Below are positions 9,292 to 18,580 of a DNA stretch of 64,000 bases, piece by piece. Numbering within the stretch: position 1 is the first letter of the stretch; every line of letters begins with the position of its first letter. The translations under genes and the position numbers were made by a program. The stretch spans positions 462,701 through 526,700 of the forward strand of contig CAVVSH010000015.1 of NCBI GenBank assembly GCA_963750945.1, given 5' to 3'. The notes under the pieces were generated by a model, which worked only from the letters and a program-made list of their open reading frames with translations, was not told the DNA's origin and did no database searches. Origin of the DNA: an uncultured Actinomycetota bacterium (GTDB lineage Bacteria; Actinomycetota; UBA4738; HRBIN12).

Positions 9292-12171
9292 TCAGGCGCT
9301 CGCCGGCTCGTCCTTCGTCGCGGCGGCGGTCGCGCAGAGAGAGACCGTCACGTTGTCGACGTACCAGCCGTCGATGCCGGTGCAGCCGTCCATCCCCATG
9401 TCGAACCGGAATCGCACGCTGTCGCCCGCCCGGATCCGCGCGCCGGTCGCCGCAAGGTCGATGATCGACGTGCCCCAGGAGCTGACCAGCTCTCCCGCGT
9501 CCGTGCCGGTGAATCCCGGCTGGCCGGCGAGCGGGTTCGTGTTCCCCGCCGCCGCGGTCTGGAGCGTGGTGTTGTACGGGTTGAACAGGAACGCGGACGC
9601 CGGGATGAGTGCGTACGCGCGTCCGTTCACGCTCATCGACACGTTCCCACCGTCCCAGCCTTGCTCCGTCGCCACGTAGTGGTCGAAGGACAAGCGCATC
9701 GTCCCGCCGGGCAGCGTGACGGGCGGGCTCTCCATCCGCATCACGCCGGAGACGTCGCCGGCTCCGGCGCCGCAGTCCCCGATGTCGGGGTCGGCTCCGA
9801 ACGCGGCCGAGCCTCGCTCGTTGGCCTCGTCAGCAGGCAGGTCCGACGCCACCGTCCAGTCCAGGTCCGGCCACCCTTCGAAGACGCCCTCGTTCGTCAG
9901 GTTCCAGCCGTCCATCCCGCTCTCGAAGTCATCCACGAACAGGGTCTCCGCGGTCTGCCCCTCGCACACCGGCGGCGCATCTCCTTCGAGGATGGGCTGG
10001 AAGTTGCACTGGGTCGTCGGGTCAGTGTCGAATTCGACCGCGAGCGTCATCGCGGCGACCGAGGCGCAATCGCCCGTCGTGATCGACTGGCGAGCGCCAT
10101 GGACGGGAGAGCTCCCGGTCGAGAGGTTGTTCAGGCGGACGCCAACGAGGTCGGCGCACGAGCTGATGAGCGCATCCGCGTGATCGGGGAAATCCGTCGA
10201 AGGCGTCTGGTACACCGACTGCGCCCGCCAGTACAGGTGGGCGGCCTTCGTCAGCCCGATCGCGCCAACCGTCTGCCCGTTGTATGTCCCACCGTCGACG
10301 AGCAGTGCGAACCCGTGGTTCGGAACGCCCGAGTTCGAGTGGACGCCACCGCTGTCGTCGCCGCTGCAGAAGTACTCCTGATCCGACACCTTCCCCGGGT
10401 CTCCGATGCACGTGGGATCCCACATGTCACGGATCGCACCGCCGAAGGCGGGGTCGTCCTCGCCGGAGAGCCAGCGGTACGAGTTCTCCGTGGGCGTACG
10501 CGCCTGCATCGTGGCGTTGACCCCCGGCAGCGCGGCCTTGATCGTCGCCCCGGCGGTCTGGGAGATCATCACCGACGGGATCGTGATGGATGGGTCGACC
10601 CCCGGCATCCGGGTCGGTCCGCCCAGGATGTTGTTCGCGATGAGGACTCCACTGGCGCCCATCGCCTCGGCGTTCGCGACCTTGACCGTGAACGCGCAGA
10701 CGCCCCGGTCCACCAGCGCGATGTTGCCGGCGACCGCGTCACCGTTGCGCAGGCGGGTGCACCCGTCGGACGTGGCGCCGCGCCCGTCGTCGACGAGCAC
10801 GACGTCCTCGGTGATCGCGGGAGTCGTGTTCAGGCTCGGTCCGAAATCCGCGGGAGCGGCCGCACAGGTTCCGATCGCGGAAGGCTGGTTCACGATCAAC
10901 GTCGGCCAGTTGTTGGCGAGGTCGGAGCAGGTGCCGACCGACCGGTTGCCGCCCGGCGTGTCGAGTCCCGCGCCGTTGATCAGGTCGACGACGTCGCCCC
11001 AGATGTCGGAGTACGACTCGTTCAGGGCACCCGACTGCCACTGGTAGATCAGGTTGTGTGTGTACTCCGTGTAGGCGTGACCCCACTCGTGGGCGACCGT
11101 GTCGTCACCGGTGACGCCCGTGCAGTAGTTCGTCGTGATGCCGTTCCAGTTCGCGTTCGGGCAGGCGATGCGGGGGTCGTTGTTCACGGTCTGCATCTCG
11201 GCGCCCGCACCGTCATAGGAGTCCACACCGAACGCGTGCAGGAAGTGGTGGTACGTCTGGCCGCTGAAGTTGACGATGTTCTGCTGGTCCTCGTTCAGGT
11301 CTCCCGGGAAGGGATCACCCTCCTGCCACACCTGGTCGTCGGGGTCGAAGTTCTCCTCGAAGACCCGTCGGAACAGGTCGCTGTGCACGCCCGAGTAGCG
11401 ATTCACGATCTTCCCGGCGTTCGCGTGGACGAACACGAATTCGCGCACGTCGGCGCCGTTCGTGACCTCGACCTCGTAGACGAGCTGGTTCGAGCCCGGC
11501 ACGTTGCGCACCAGGCCCATCCGGTAGACCTCGAGCGTCGTCGAGGCGGCCCGGAGACCCGTCGGCGCTGCCGGCGTGGCTGCGTCGGCGTTCTCCTCCG
11601 TTCGTGGTGGGCTCGCCACGACGTCGGCGATCGCCTTCTGCGCGGCCTGCGCCGCGGTGAGCCGTGGGCTGGTGTTCAGGTTGACGTTCGGCACGAACGT
11701 GCCGTTCACCGCCGTCAGCTTGTTGCCCCTGTCGAGGTGCGCGCGGAGCAGCCCACCGAAGACCGGAAGTCCTTTGTACTTCTGCTCGTACGAGACGTGC
11801 GTCCCGCCGTACGCGTCCTTCTTGGATGACACCTGGCGGAGCTCGGCCGTCGCGTCGGTGATCCCGAAGAGGGACGAATACCTCGCGAAGAACCCGCGTG
11901 CCTTGCCTGCCGGCGTGGCGCTGGCGTTCCCCGGGAAGAGGTCCCCTCCCTTGTCGACGCGGGCGAAGCCGACGTAGCGGGTACCGCCGTCGACGCTCAC
12001 GGTGACGGTTCCGACCGCGTCCTGCCGGAGACGCCTGATCGCGTCCTGCCGGACTCCGCCCGATCCGTTCGGCCCCGACTGCCCGCTGGCGGGGAGACTT
12101 CCGCTGATCACCAGCGAGATCATGATGCCGAGCGTCAGGCTCACGACGCCCAGTCGTGTCCTCCTCTTCAT
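9292..12171 (-). CDS. secreted M4 (thermolysin-like) zinc metalloprotease with inserted PA domain and C-terminal extension
   Basis: TVAHEWGHAYTEY..GALNESYSDIWGD matches the thermolysin HExxH ... NExxSD zinc site. PA-domain stretch GNIALVDRGVCAFTVKV. Signal peptide MKRRTRLGVVSLTLG, taken from the internal ATG at 12171 with an AGGGG RBS. Confidence 0.85.
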   Translation of the reverse strand: MKRRTRLGVVSLTLGIMISLVISGSLPASGQSGPNGSGGVRQDAIRRLRQDAVGTVTVSVDGGTRYVGFARVDKGGDLFPGNASATPAGKARGFFARYSSLFGITDATAELRQVSSKKDAYGGTHVSYEQKYKGLPVFGGLLRAHLDRGNKLTAVNGTFVPNVNLNTSPRLTAAQAAQKAIADVVASPPRTEENADAATPAAPTGLRAASTTLEVYRMGLVRNVPGSNQLVYEVEVTNGADVREFVFVHANAGKIVNRYSGVHSDLFRRVFEENFDPDDQVWQEGDPFPGDLNEDQQNIVNFSGQTYHHFLHAFGVDSYDGAGAEMQTVNNDPRIACPNANWNGITTNYCTGVTGDDTVAHEWGHAYTEYTHNLIYQWQSGALNESYSDIWGDVVDLINGAGLDTPGGNRSVGTCSDLANNWPTLIVNQPSAIGTCAAAPADFGPSLNTTPAITEDVVLVDDGRGATSDGCTRLRNGDAVAGNIALVDRGVCAFTVKVANAEAMGASGVLIANNILGGPTRMPGVDPSITIPSVMISQTAGATIKAALPGVNATMQARTPTENSYRWLSGEDDPAFGGAIRDMWDPTCIGDPGKVSDQEYFCSGDDSGGVHSNSGVPNHGFALLVDGGTYNGQTVGAIGLTKAAHLYWRAQSVYQTPSTDFPDHADALISSCADLVGVRLNNLSTGSSPVHGARQSITTGDCASVAAMTLAVEFDTDPTTQCNFQPILEGDAPPVCEGQTAETLFVDDFESGMDGWNLTNEGVFEGWPDLDWTVASDLPADEANERGSAAFGADPDIGDCGAGAGDVSGVMRMESPPVTLPGGTMRLSFDHYVATEQGWDGGNVSMSVNGRAYALIPASAFLFNPYNTTLQTAAAGNTNPLAGQPGFTGTDAGELVSSWGTSIIDLAATGARIRAGDSVRFRFDMGMDGCTGIDGWYVDNVTVSLCATAAATKDEPASA

Positions 12172-12368
12172 CTGGTTCCCCTCTCGTGCCGACGACATGA
12201 ACAGTCGGCGCGCGCGTGGCCGGATGACCGAGCCTCGCCGCCCACCCCCCGACATGCGATGACTCGCGTTCGACGCCGCTTGCGAACCTACTTGGCGGCT
12301 CCGTGCCTAGTCAAATGGGGTAGTGCGCGACGACGATACGGCGTGCCACCGGCGAGTGAGTCCCTCGT

Positions 12369-13379
12369 TCAGCGACCGCCCAGATACGACCGGCCGACAT
12401 CCCTGAGCTTCTGGTGCGTGGCACCGTACGCGTCGGCGCGCGGGAGATATGCCTTGGCCACCTTCGCCAGGAACGTGTAGTTGGGATCCACGACGTTCGC
12501 CACCGGGGACTCGCTCACCTGGGTCAGCAGTTGATACGCGTCGAGCGCCTCGAGGCCGTACTCCTCGCCCATCCACGCGATCAGATCGGTGTGCGCGATC
12601 CGGAACGCATCCTCGAGCGGCCGGGCCGACCCGGTCGACATGATGTGGCTGTCGCTCTCGATCCGCGGCCAAGGGGTCGATCGGCCCTTCACCAGGTCGA
12701 TCGCGATCACGGTGTCCATCGCCGCCTCGACGGCGACCCCGCACGTTTCTCCCTCGCCCTGCCGGCAGTGCCCGTCACCGATCGAGAACAACGCGCCTTC
12801 GACATTCACACCCAGATAACAGGTGACGCCGGCGCGCATCTCGGGTGTGTCCATGTTGCCTCCGTGTGCATCCGGCACGAGCGACGATCGTGCCTCGAAC
12901 GCGGCCGGAGCGACACCGACGGTGCCGTGCATCGGGTCCAGAGGGAGCGTCGCGACGTGGTCGCCCTCGGTCGCTCGGTACGTGACGGTGCGGCCGGCTC
13001 GGTCGACCTCGTAGATCCACACGCGCTCCGGCAGCGGTTCCTGCAGCGTCGGGGTCTGGTGGGTCGACGTGAGCGCTCCGAAGAGCGGCACCGTGCACGA
13101 GGACGCCCAATCCCTCGACGGCTCGATCGAGACGAAGTGGATCGCGAGCGTGTCCCCGGGCTCCGCGCCGTCCACGAAGAACGGCCCCGTCTGCGGATTG
13201 ACGAACGGAAACTCGATCACGCGTGAGACCCAGTCGTCCGGCCCTCGAACCTTCCCTCCGAACGCGTCCTCGGTCCAAAGCTCGAGGATGTCGCCGGGCC
13301 TCACGGTCCGAACGGGTGGGACGCCACCGAACGTCCACGCGAACTCGGAGGGTTCCGGCCGGTAGGCGAGCACATCCAT
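12369..13379 (-). CDS. acetamidase/formamidase (FmdA/AmdA) family protein
   Basis: 336 aa with conserved Cys/His-rich metal-binding stretches typical of the FmdA_AmdA family. Confidence 0.65.
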   Translation of the reverse strand: MDVLAYRPEPSEFAWTFGGVPPVRTVRPGDILELWTEDAFGGKVRGPDDWVSRVIEFPFVNPQTGPFFVDGAEPGDTLAIHFVSIEPSRDWASSCTVPLFGALTSTHQTPTLQEPLPERVWIYEVDRAGRTVTYRATEGDHVATLPLDPMHGTVGVAPAAFEARSSLVPDAHGGNMDTPEMRAGVTCYLGVNVEGALFSIGDGHCRQGEGETCGVAVEAAMDTVIAIDLVKGRSTPWPRIESDSHIMSTGSARPLEDAFRIAHTDLIAWMGEEYGLEALDAYQLLTQVSESPVANVVDPNYTFLAKVAKAYLPRADAYGATHQKLRDVGRSYLGGR

Positions 13380-13395
13380 CAGTCAGATGCGGACG

Positions 13396-14499
13396 TCACC
13401 GGGCCATGAGCTGGAGCGGTTTCCCCACCTTCGACTTCGTGGCGCGAACGACCGCCTCGGCGGCCTCGGTCAAGGCAACGCCGGCGGGGGAGTCCGGGTC
13501 GGAGACGACGATCGGCACACCTTCGTCGCCACCGGCACGCAACGCCGGCACGAGCGGTACCTGTGCCATCAGTGGGACGCCGAGCGTCTCCGCGGCCTCG
13601 CGGCCACCGCCCTCACCGAAGATCGACTCGCGCTCGCCGCAGTGCGGGCACACGTACCAGGACATGTTCTCGACCACGCCCAGCGGGCGCAGGTTCGTGC
13701 GCTCCGCCATCTTTCCGGCTCGCTCCGCGACCTTGCGGGCCGCGTCCTGCGGTGTCGTGACCACGAGCATCGAGGCGCCCGGGATGAAGGAAGCGAGCGA
13801 GATCGAGACGTCCCCCGTGCCGGGCGGAAGGTCGCAGAGCAGGAAGTCCAGGTCGCCCCACCAGACGTCGCCGAGGAACTGCTGGATCGCCTTGTGCAGC
13901 ATCGGGCCGCGCCAGATGACGGGTGTCTCCTCGGGCACGAAGTGCCCCATCGAGATCACCTTCACGCCGTGCGCCTCGAGCGGCAGGATCATGTCGTTGA
14001 AGCCCACCGGCTTGCCGAGTGCGCCCAGCATCCGCGGGACGCTGAATCCCCACACGTCGGCGTCGAGCACGCCCACCGAGCGGCCGGTCTTCGCGAGGGC
14101 GGCCGCGAGGTTCACGGTGACGCTGGACTTGCCGACGCCGCCTTTCCCCGAGGCGATCGCGATGATCGAGGTCTGCGGCGGGAACGAGATCGTGGTTTCC
14201 GGCGCGGCCGGGGCACCGCCGCGGAGTCCCGAGACCAGCTTCTCCCGCTCCTCCGTGCTCATCGGCGTGAGCTCGACGTCGACGCGTTCCACACCCTCGA
14301 GCGGCTGGACGGCGGCGGTCACGTCGCTCGTGATCCGGTCTTTGAGCGGACATCCCTCGATGGTGAGGAGGACGTGGACCCGGACGACGCCACCGTCCAC
14401 CTCGACGGACTTCAGCATGCCGATCTCGTCGATCGGTCTGCCGATCTCCGGATCCTTGACGCCCTTCAGCGCCTCGCGGACCTGTGCCTCCGTGGCCAC
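13396..14499 (-). CDS. apbC: Mrp/NBP35 family Fe-S cluster carrier ATPase
   Basis: N-terminal DUF59-like domain, P-loop IAIASGKGGVGKSS, and the CPHCGE cysteine pair. Confidence 0.9.
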   Translation of the reverse strand: MATEAQVREALKGVKDPEIGRPIDEIGMLKSVEVDGGVVRVHVLLTIEGCPLKDRITSDVTAAVQPLEGVERVDVELTPMSTEEREKLVSGLRGGAPAAPETTISFPPQTSIIAIASGKGGVGKSSVTVNLAAALAKTGRSVGVLDADVWGFSVPRMLGALGKPVGFNDMILPLEAHGVKVISMGHFVPEETPVIWRGPMLHKAIQQFLGDVWWGDLDFLLCDLPPGTGDVSISLASFIPGASMLVVTTPQDAARKVAERAGKMAERTNLRPLGVVENMSWYVCPHCGERESIFGEGGGREAAETLGVPLMAQVPLVPALRAGGDEGVPIVVSDPDSPAGVALTEAAEAVVRATKSKVGKPLQLMAR

Positions 14500-14543
14500 G
14501 GGCTCCTCCCAGCTTCTGCTGGCTCTCGGGGTCTAAGCTCTGG

Positions 14544-14566
14544 TTGACACGGTGCGAACCGTGCAA
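14544..14566. promoter_or_regulatory. palindromic operator candidate (TTGnCACGGT-N4-ACCGTGnCAA) in the apbC / arsR-like divergent intergenic region
   Basis: Two-fold symmetric sequence ttgacacggtgcgaaccgtgcaa, 24 bp upstream of the regulator ATG. Includes a TTGACA hexamer. Confidence 0.4.
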
Positions 14567-14589
14567 AGCCCATCGTACGAGATGCGTGG

Positions 14590-15264
14590 ATGAACGAACC
14601 CGCCCCCATCGAGATCCACAAGGCCCTAGCGGACGACACCCGCTACCGGCTCTATCGCTATCTGCGCCTGTCCGGGCGGCCAGTCCCCGTTCGCGAGCTC
14701 GCCACGCGGCTGAGCCTCCACGCCAACACGATCCGTCCGCACCTACGGCGGCTGGTGGATGCGGGCCTCGTCGCGTCGGAGACGCGACGAGGACCGTCGG
14801 CGGTCGGGCGCCCGCAAACGGTCTACACGGCGGTGGCGATGGACAACCGCGAGGGCCGCGACCACCGGTTGCTCGCCGACATCCTCGCCACGCTCATCAA
14901 AGGGCCGCGGGCCCGCACGGGCGCCGAGAACCTCGCTCGCGAGTGGGGTGACTACCTCATGACCCGGCACGCCCCTCCTCCAGGGGCGCGACGTCCGGGA
15001 CCCAACCTGGCAGCCCTGCGAGACGCGCTGGCAGAGGCGGGGTTCGATCCGCGGTTCCGCCGCCGTGGGAACCGATCGGTCGAGATCGCGTTGCGGAGCT
15101 GCCCGTTCCGAGACCTGCTCGAGGAGCACCGAGAGCTCGTGTGCGCGGTGCATCGCGGACTCCTCGAGGGGATGTTGGAGGGATCTCGGCCCCGACTCCA
15201 CCTGCGCTCGTTCGAGCCCCTCGCGGACCGGGGTGCCGTCTGCCGGCTCGTGGCCGGAGAGTGA
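14590..15264 (+). CDS. ArsR-family HTH transcriptional regulator with cysteine-containing C-terminal domain (SufR-like)
   Basis: N-terminal HTH with LADDTRYRLYRYL. Three C-terminal cysteines (SCPF, VCAVH, AVCRL). Confidence 0.55.
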   Translation: MNEPAPIEIHKALADDTRYRLYRYLRLSGRPVPVRELATRLSLHANTIRPHLRRLVDAGLVASETRRGPSAVGRPQTVYTAVAMDNREGRDHRLLADILATLIKGPRARTGAENLAREWGDYLMTRHAPPPGARRPGPNLAALRDALAEAGFDPRFRRRGNRSVEIALRSCPFRDLLEEHRELVCAVHRGLLEGMLEGSRPRLHLRSFEPLADRGAVCRLVAGE

Positions 15265-15366
15265 ACCTCGAGCGAGCTCGGGGAGTCGGCTGAAGTTCAC
15301 CTCGTGAACGACCGATGGGACAGGAACGGGCGTGCTCGGCATGCCCCGTGCAATGGATCTTTGGCG

Positions 15367-16497
15367 ATGGATCCGCTCGAGACGAGGTGTGGCGCAGTGG
15401 AGAACACGGATTCCGCCGTGGCGGAGTTCGACGGTTGGCTGAAGGACCTGATGGAGGGTCAAGGCTCTGACCTGCACGTCAAGGTCGGTTCACCGCCGAT
15501 GATCCGACTGCCGGACGGACTGGTACGGATGGATCGGGATCCGATCACCCCGGTCGAGACGGCCGCGATCGCCGATTCGATCATCCCCGCCGACCGCAGG
15601 GAGCTGTTCGAGAAGAACGGTGAGATCGACTTCGCGTACTCACTCAGGGACGTCGGTCGGTTCCGCGCGAACGTGTTCAAGCAGCGGGGTTCGATCTCGA
15701 TGGTGCTCCGCCGCCTCCGATTCGGTGGCCCGACGTTCGAGGAGATGGGTCTGCCCGACGCGGTCCGGCAGCTCTCCGAGGAGCATCGCGGCTTGATCCT
15801 CGTGACGGGCCCGACCGGCTCGGGGAAGACGACGACGCTCGCGTCGATGATCGGCCACATCAACGAGACCAAGCCGGTGCACATCGTGACGATCGAGGAC
15901 CCGATCGAGGTGCTTCACCGCGACGCGATGGCCTCGATCAACCAACGCGAGATCGGCAACGACACGCAGGATTTCCACGCGGCGCTGCGAGCGGCGCTCC
16001 GGCAGGACCCGGACGTGATCCTGATCGGCGAGATGCGCGACACCGAGACCGTGCGAGCTGCGATCCAGGCCGCCGAGACCGGGCACCTCGTCCTCTCGAC
16101 GCTCCACACCGTGGACGCCACCGAGACCGTCAACCGGGTGATCGACTTCTTCCCTCCCTACCAGCAGAAGCAGGTGCGACTGGCGCTCGCGGGGACGCTC
16201 CGCGGGATCATCTGCCAGCGGCTGGTGACGACGGTGGACGGAGGCCGGACCCCTGCCCTCGAGATCCTCGTGAACAACGGTCGGATCGCCGAGCGGATCG
16301 TCGACCCGGACCGGACGAGCGAGATCAAGGACGTGCTCGCCGACGGCCACTTCTACGGGATGATGACGTTCGACCAGTCCCTTCTGATCCTCCTCCAGGA
16401 AGGGAAGATCACGACGGAGGCCGCCTTCCAGGCAGTGTCCAGCCGGCACGATTTCGAGCTCGCGATGCAGCAAGCAGGGCTCGCCGTCCCCGCCTGA
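15367..16497 (+). CDS. pilT: PilT-family type IV pilus retraction ATPase (orphan)
   Basis: Walker A GLILVTGPTGSGKTTTL, GSDLHVKVGSPPMIRLPDG N-domain, and Asp/His boxes. Start could be the ATG at 15367 or a GTG slightly downstream. Confidence 0.8.
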   Translation: MDPLETRCGAVENTDSAVAEFDGWLKDLMEGQGSDLHVKVGSPPMIRLPDGLVRMDRDPITPVETAAIADSIIPADRRELFEKNGEIDFAYSLRDVGRFRANVFKQRGSISMVLRRLRFGGPTFEEMGLPDAVRQLSEEHRGLILVTGPTGSGKTTTLASMIGHINETKPVHIVTIEDPIEVLHRDAMASINQREIGNDTQDFHAALRAALRQDPDVILIGEMRDTETVRAAIQAAETGHLVLSTLHTVDATETVNRVIDFFPPYQQKQVRLALAGTLRGIICQRLVTTVDGGRTPALEILVNNGRIAERIVDPDRTSEIKDVLADGHFYGMMTFDQSLLILLQEGKITTEAAFQAVSSRHDFELAMQQAGLAVPA

Positions 16498-16501
16498 CCT
16501 G

Positions 16502-17080
16502 TCAGGCGGCCGTGCGCGTTCTTCCGAGACGGCCGATCCCGAGTGCGACGCCGGCTCCCAGAGCGAGTCCGCCGAGGCCGATCGCAACGGCTGTGCCGGC
16601 AGGGATCCCCCCGGCGTCGGCGACCGGTTGAGGTGTGACATTGCTCGCCGGAGGCTCGAAGGGCTGGACCGAGATCGACTCGCCGCTCCCCGTGATGCCC
16701 TTCCCGTTGCCGACGACGATCGCACCGGTCATGCCGGGGTGGTAGTTGCACGCGAACGGGTAGACGCCGGGCTCGTCGAACGTCACCGTGAAGGCGTCCC
16801 CCTCGATCATGTCTTCGAAGTGACCCCACTGGTTGCCGCCGACGTTGTGGGTGACCCCCAGGTCCGTGTTGGCGAACGTCACGGGAGCGCCGGGGTCGAC
16901 GGTGGTGACAGTCGCGGTGAAGCACGCATCGACCATGCGCACTGTGGCGTCCTTCTCACCGGTGGCGTCGTTCTCGGTCACGCCCGAGTGGCAGCCACCG
17001 CCCGCCATCGCCGCGCCGGGCACGCCCAGGACGACCGTCGCCGCGCCGACCACCACGCAGAGGAGCATCACTCGCCTCAT
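16502..17080 (-). CDS. blue copper (cupredoxin/plastocyanin-like) protein with signal peptide and C-terminal TM anchor
   Basis: Type-1 copper site FACNYHPGMTG with an upstream His. Confidence 0.75.
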   Translation of the reverse strand: MRRVMLLCVVVGAATVVLGVPGAAMAGGGCHSGVTENDATGEKDATVRMVDACFTATVTTVDPGAPVTFANTDLGVTHNVGGNQWGHFEDMIEGDAFTVTFDEPGVYPFACNYHPGMTGAIVVGNGKGITGSGESISVQPFEPPASNVTPQPVADAGGIPAGTAVAIGLGGLALGAGVALGIGRLGRTRTAA

Positions 17081-17128
17081 GCCGATCCCTCCTTCGTTCG
17101 TCCGATGCCCCTGCTACACCGGCCACGG

Positions 17129-17905
17129 TCAGGAGGTTCCCGCGGACTCGGCGATCCGGATGGCCTCGGCCTTGGGCAGAGGCGTCTCCAGGCGCATGGT
17201 GAAGAGACCGTCGCGCCACAGGAGCACGTTGCCCTCCACGCGCACGGACACGACGCCCTCGCTGGTGAGCAGCTCGAGGAGGTGCGTGCCCCTCGTCCAG
17301 TAGTAGTCGACGCCGTCGACCGTCTCGAACTGCAAGACACCCGTGTCCTCGTAAACGGACTTCGACGCCAGGTTGGCCTCGCCCTCGAAGATCATGAGGA
17401 CGGCTCCGTATCGAGTGTCCGAGATCTCCGCAAGGTCCGGTCGCGCACGCCATGCCAGCGTGACTCGCGCGACCCTTCCCACCTCCGTGAAGACTCGGTC
17501 TGCCCAGACCCGATCCGGCCGACCGAGACGCTCGAGGAACGGGATATCTCGTCCCAGCAGGGCGGCTGCCTCTTCGAGGGTCACGGGTTGGCCGGTGGGG
17601 GCGATCGAGGGGGTCGGAAGAAGCCCGGGCCGGTTCGGGGTCACGTCGAGGACGACGGCGCCCAGGTCGATGATGATCTTCGCCGCCACCGCCGCGCCGG
17701 CCAGCAGGAGCACGGTCGCCGCGGCGATGAGCATGATCCGCTTGGGGCGGGACAGCGGGAGCCGGACCAAGCCGGGATGCTCTTGCGTAGCGACACGCGC
17801 CATGACCGCAGGTGCGAGCTCCGGCGTGGCCGGCCACTCGACATCCAACGTGGACAGCGCCGTGCCGAGGTCGTCGTCACCCACCGAACGGAGGCGTTCG
17901 CTCAT
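17129..17905 (-). CDS. membrane-spanning anti-sigma factor (single TM, extracytoplasmic C-domain)
   Basis: ATGA-coupled to the upstream ECF sigma stop. TM segment IMLIAAATVLLLAGAAVAA. Position and topology fit an anti-sigma factor. Confidence 0.5.
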   Translation of the reverse strand: MSERLRSVGDDDLGTALSTLDVEWPATPELAPAVMARVATQEHPGLVRLPLSRPKRIMLIAAATVLLLAGAAVAAKIIIDLGAVVLDVTPNRPGLLPTPSIAPTGQPVTLEEAAALLGRDIPFLERLGRPDRVWADRVFTEVGRVARVTLAWRARPDLAEISDTRYGAVLMIFEGEANLASKSVYEDTGVLQFETVDGVDYYWTRGTHLLELLTSEGVVSVRVEGNVLLWRDGLFTMRLETPLPKAEAIRIAESAGTS

Positions 17906-18495
17906 GCCGGCTCCTCCAGCATCGCGCGCAGGCGCACCATCGCCCTCGAGAGTCGCGACTTGGCCGTCCCCAGCCGCACGTCGAGGACGTCCGCCGTCTC
18001 GCTCTCCGAGAGCCCGAGCAGGAACCGGTACCCGATGACCTCGCGGTCCGAAGGCGACAGACGGTTGAGTGCGGCGACCAGTGCCTCTCGATCTTCCTGT
18101 GCGAGGGCCGCGGTCTCCGGGGACGGGGCCGCGTCCCCGTCGGAGACCGCGGCCGCGCGCAGGGCCAGGCTCTGGCGACGGCGGGTGGATCTCGCTCGGT
18201 TGCGAGCCTCGTTGGCCACGATCTTGAGCAACCACGGCCGGAACGGTGAGTCCGGCCGGAACCGTGGGAGCGCGTAGTAGGCCTTCACGAATGCCTCCTG
18301 GGCCGAGTCCTCCGCCTCGGCGCGGTCGCGCGTGACGAGCCAGGCGACACGGAAGGCGATCTGCCCGTACCGCTTCACCAGTTCCTCGTACGCAGCGTCG
18401 TCGCCCTCACGGGCTCGCCGTGCGAGTTCGGCTTCCTCCAGTGGTCGGCCCTCCACGGGAGCTTTCCCCTTCACGTCTGTTACACCGCTCCACAC
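17902..18495 (-). CDS. ECF (sigma-70 family) RNA polymerase sigma factor
   Basis: Region 2 (YEELVKRYGQIAFRVAWLVTRDRAEAEDSAQEAFVKAY) and region 4 HTH (LSESETADVLDVRLGTAKSRLSRA). Confidence 0.85.
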   Translation of the reverse strand: MWSGVTDVKGKAPVEGRPLEEAELARRAREGDDAAYEELVKRYGQIAFRVAWLVTRDRAEAEDSAQEAFVKAYYALPRFRPDSPFRPWLLKIVANEARNRARSTRRRQSLALRAAAVSDGDAAPSPETAALAQEDREALVAALNRLSPSDREVIGYRFLLGLSESETADVLDVRLGTAKSRLSRAMVRLRAMLEEPA

Positions 18496-18580
18496 AGCGC
18501 GGTTCCCACGTCACCCATCGACCAAGTCCACACGCCCAAGGAGAACAGCACCGAGCGGGACCTCGGAACCGCCCGGGGTG

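Noticed and set aside
8096-9679. 527-aa plus-strand ORF overlapping lgt and the protease
   Set aside because: A different frame from lgt and antisense to the protease. Arg/Pro/Ser-rich, with no motifs.
9661-11829. 722-aa plus-strand ORF antisense to the M4 protease
   Set aside because: Extremely Arg/Val/Asp-rich. The protease on the minus strand has unambiguous HExxH/NExxSD motifs.
14544-14549. TTGACA hexamer as a definite -35 element for the arsR-like gene
   Set aside because: No convincing -10 hexamer lies at 16-19 bp spacing, and the hexamer is part of the larger palindrome, so it is reported only as operator/promoter-region evidence.
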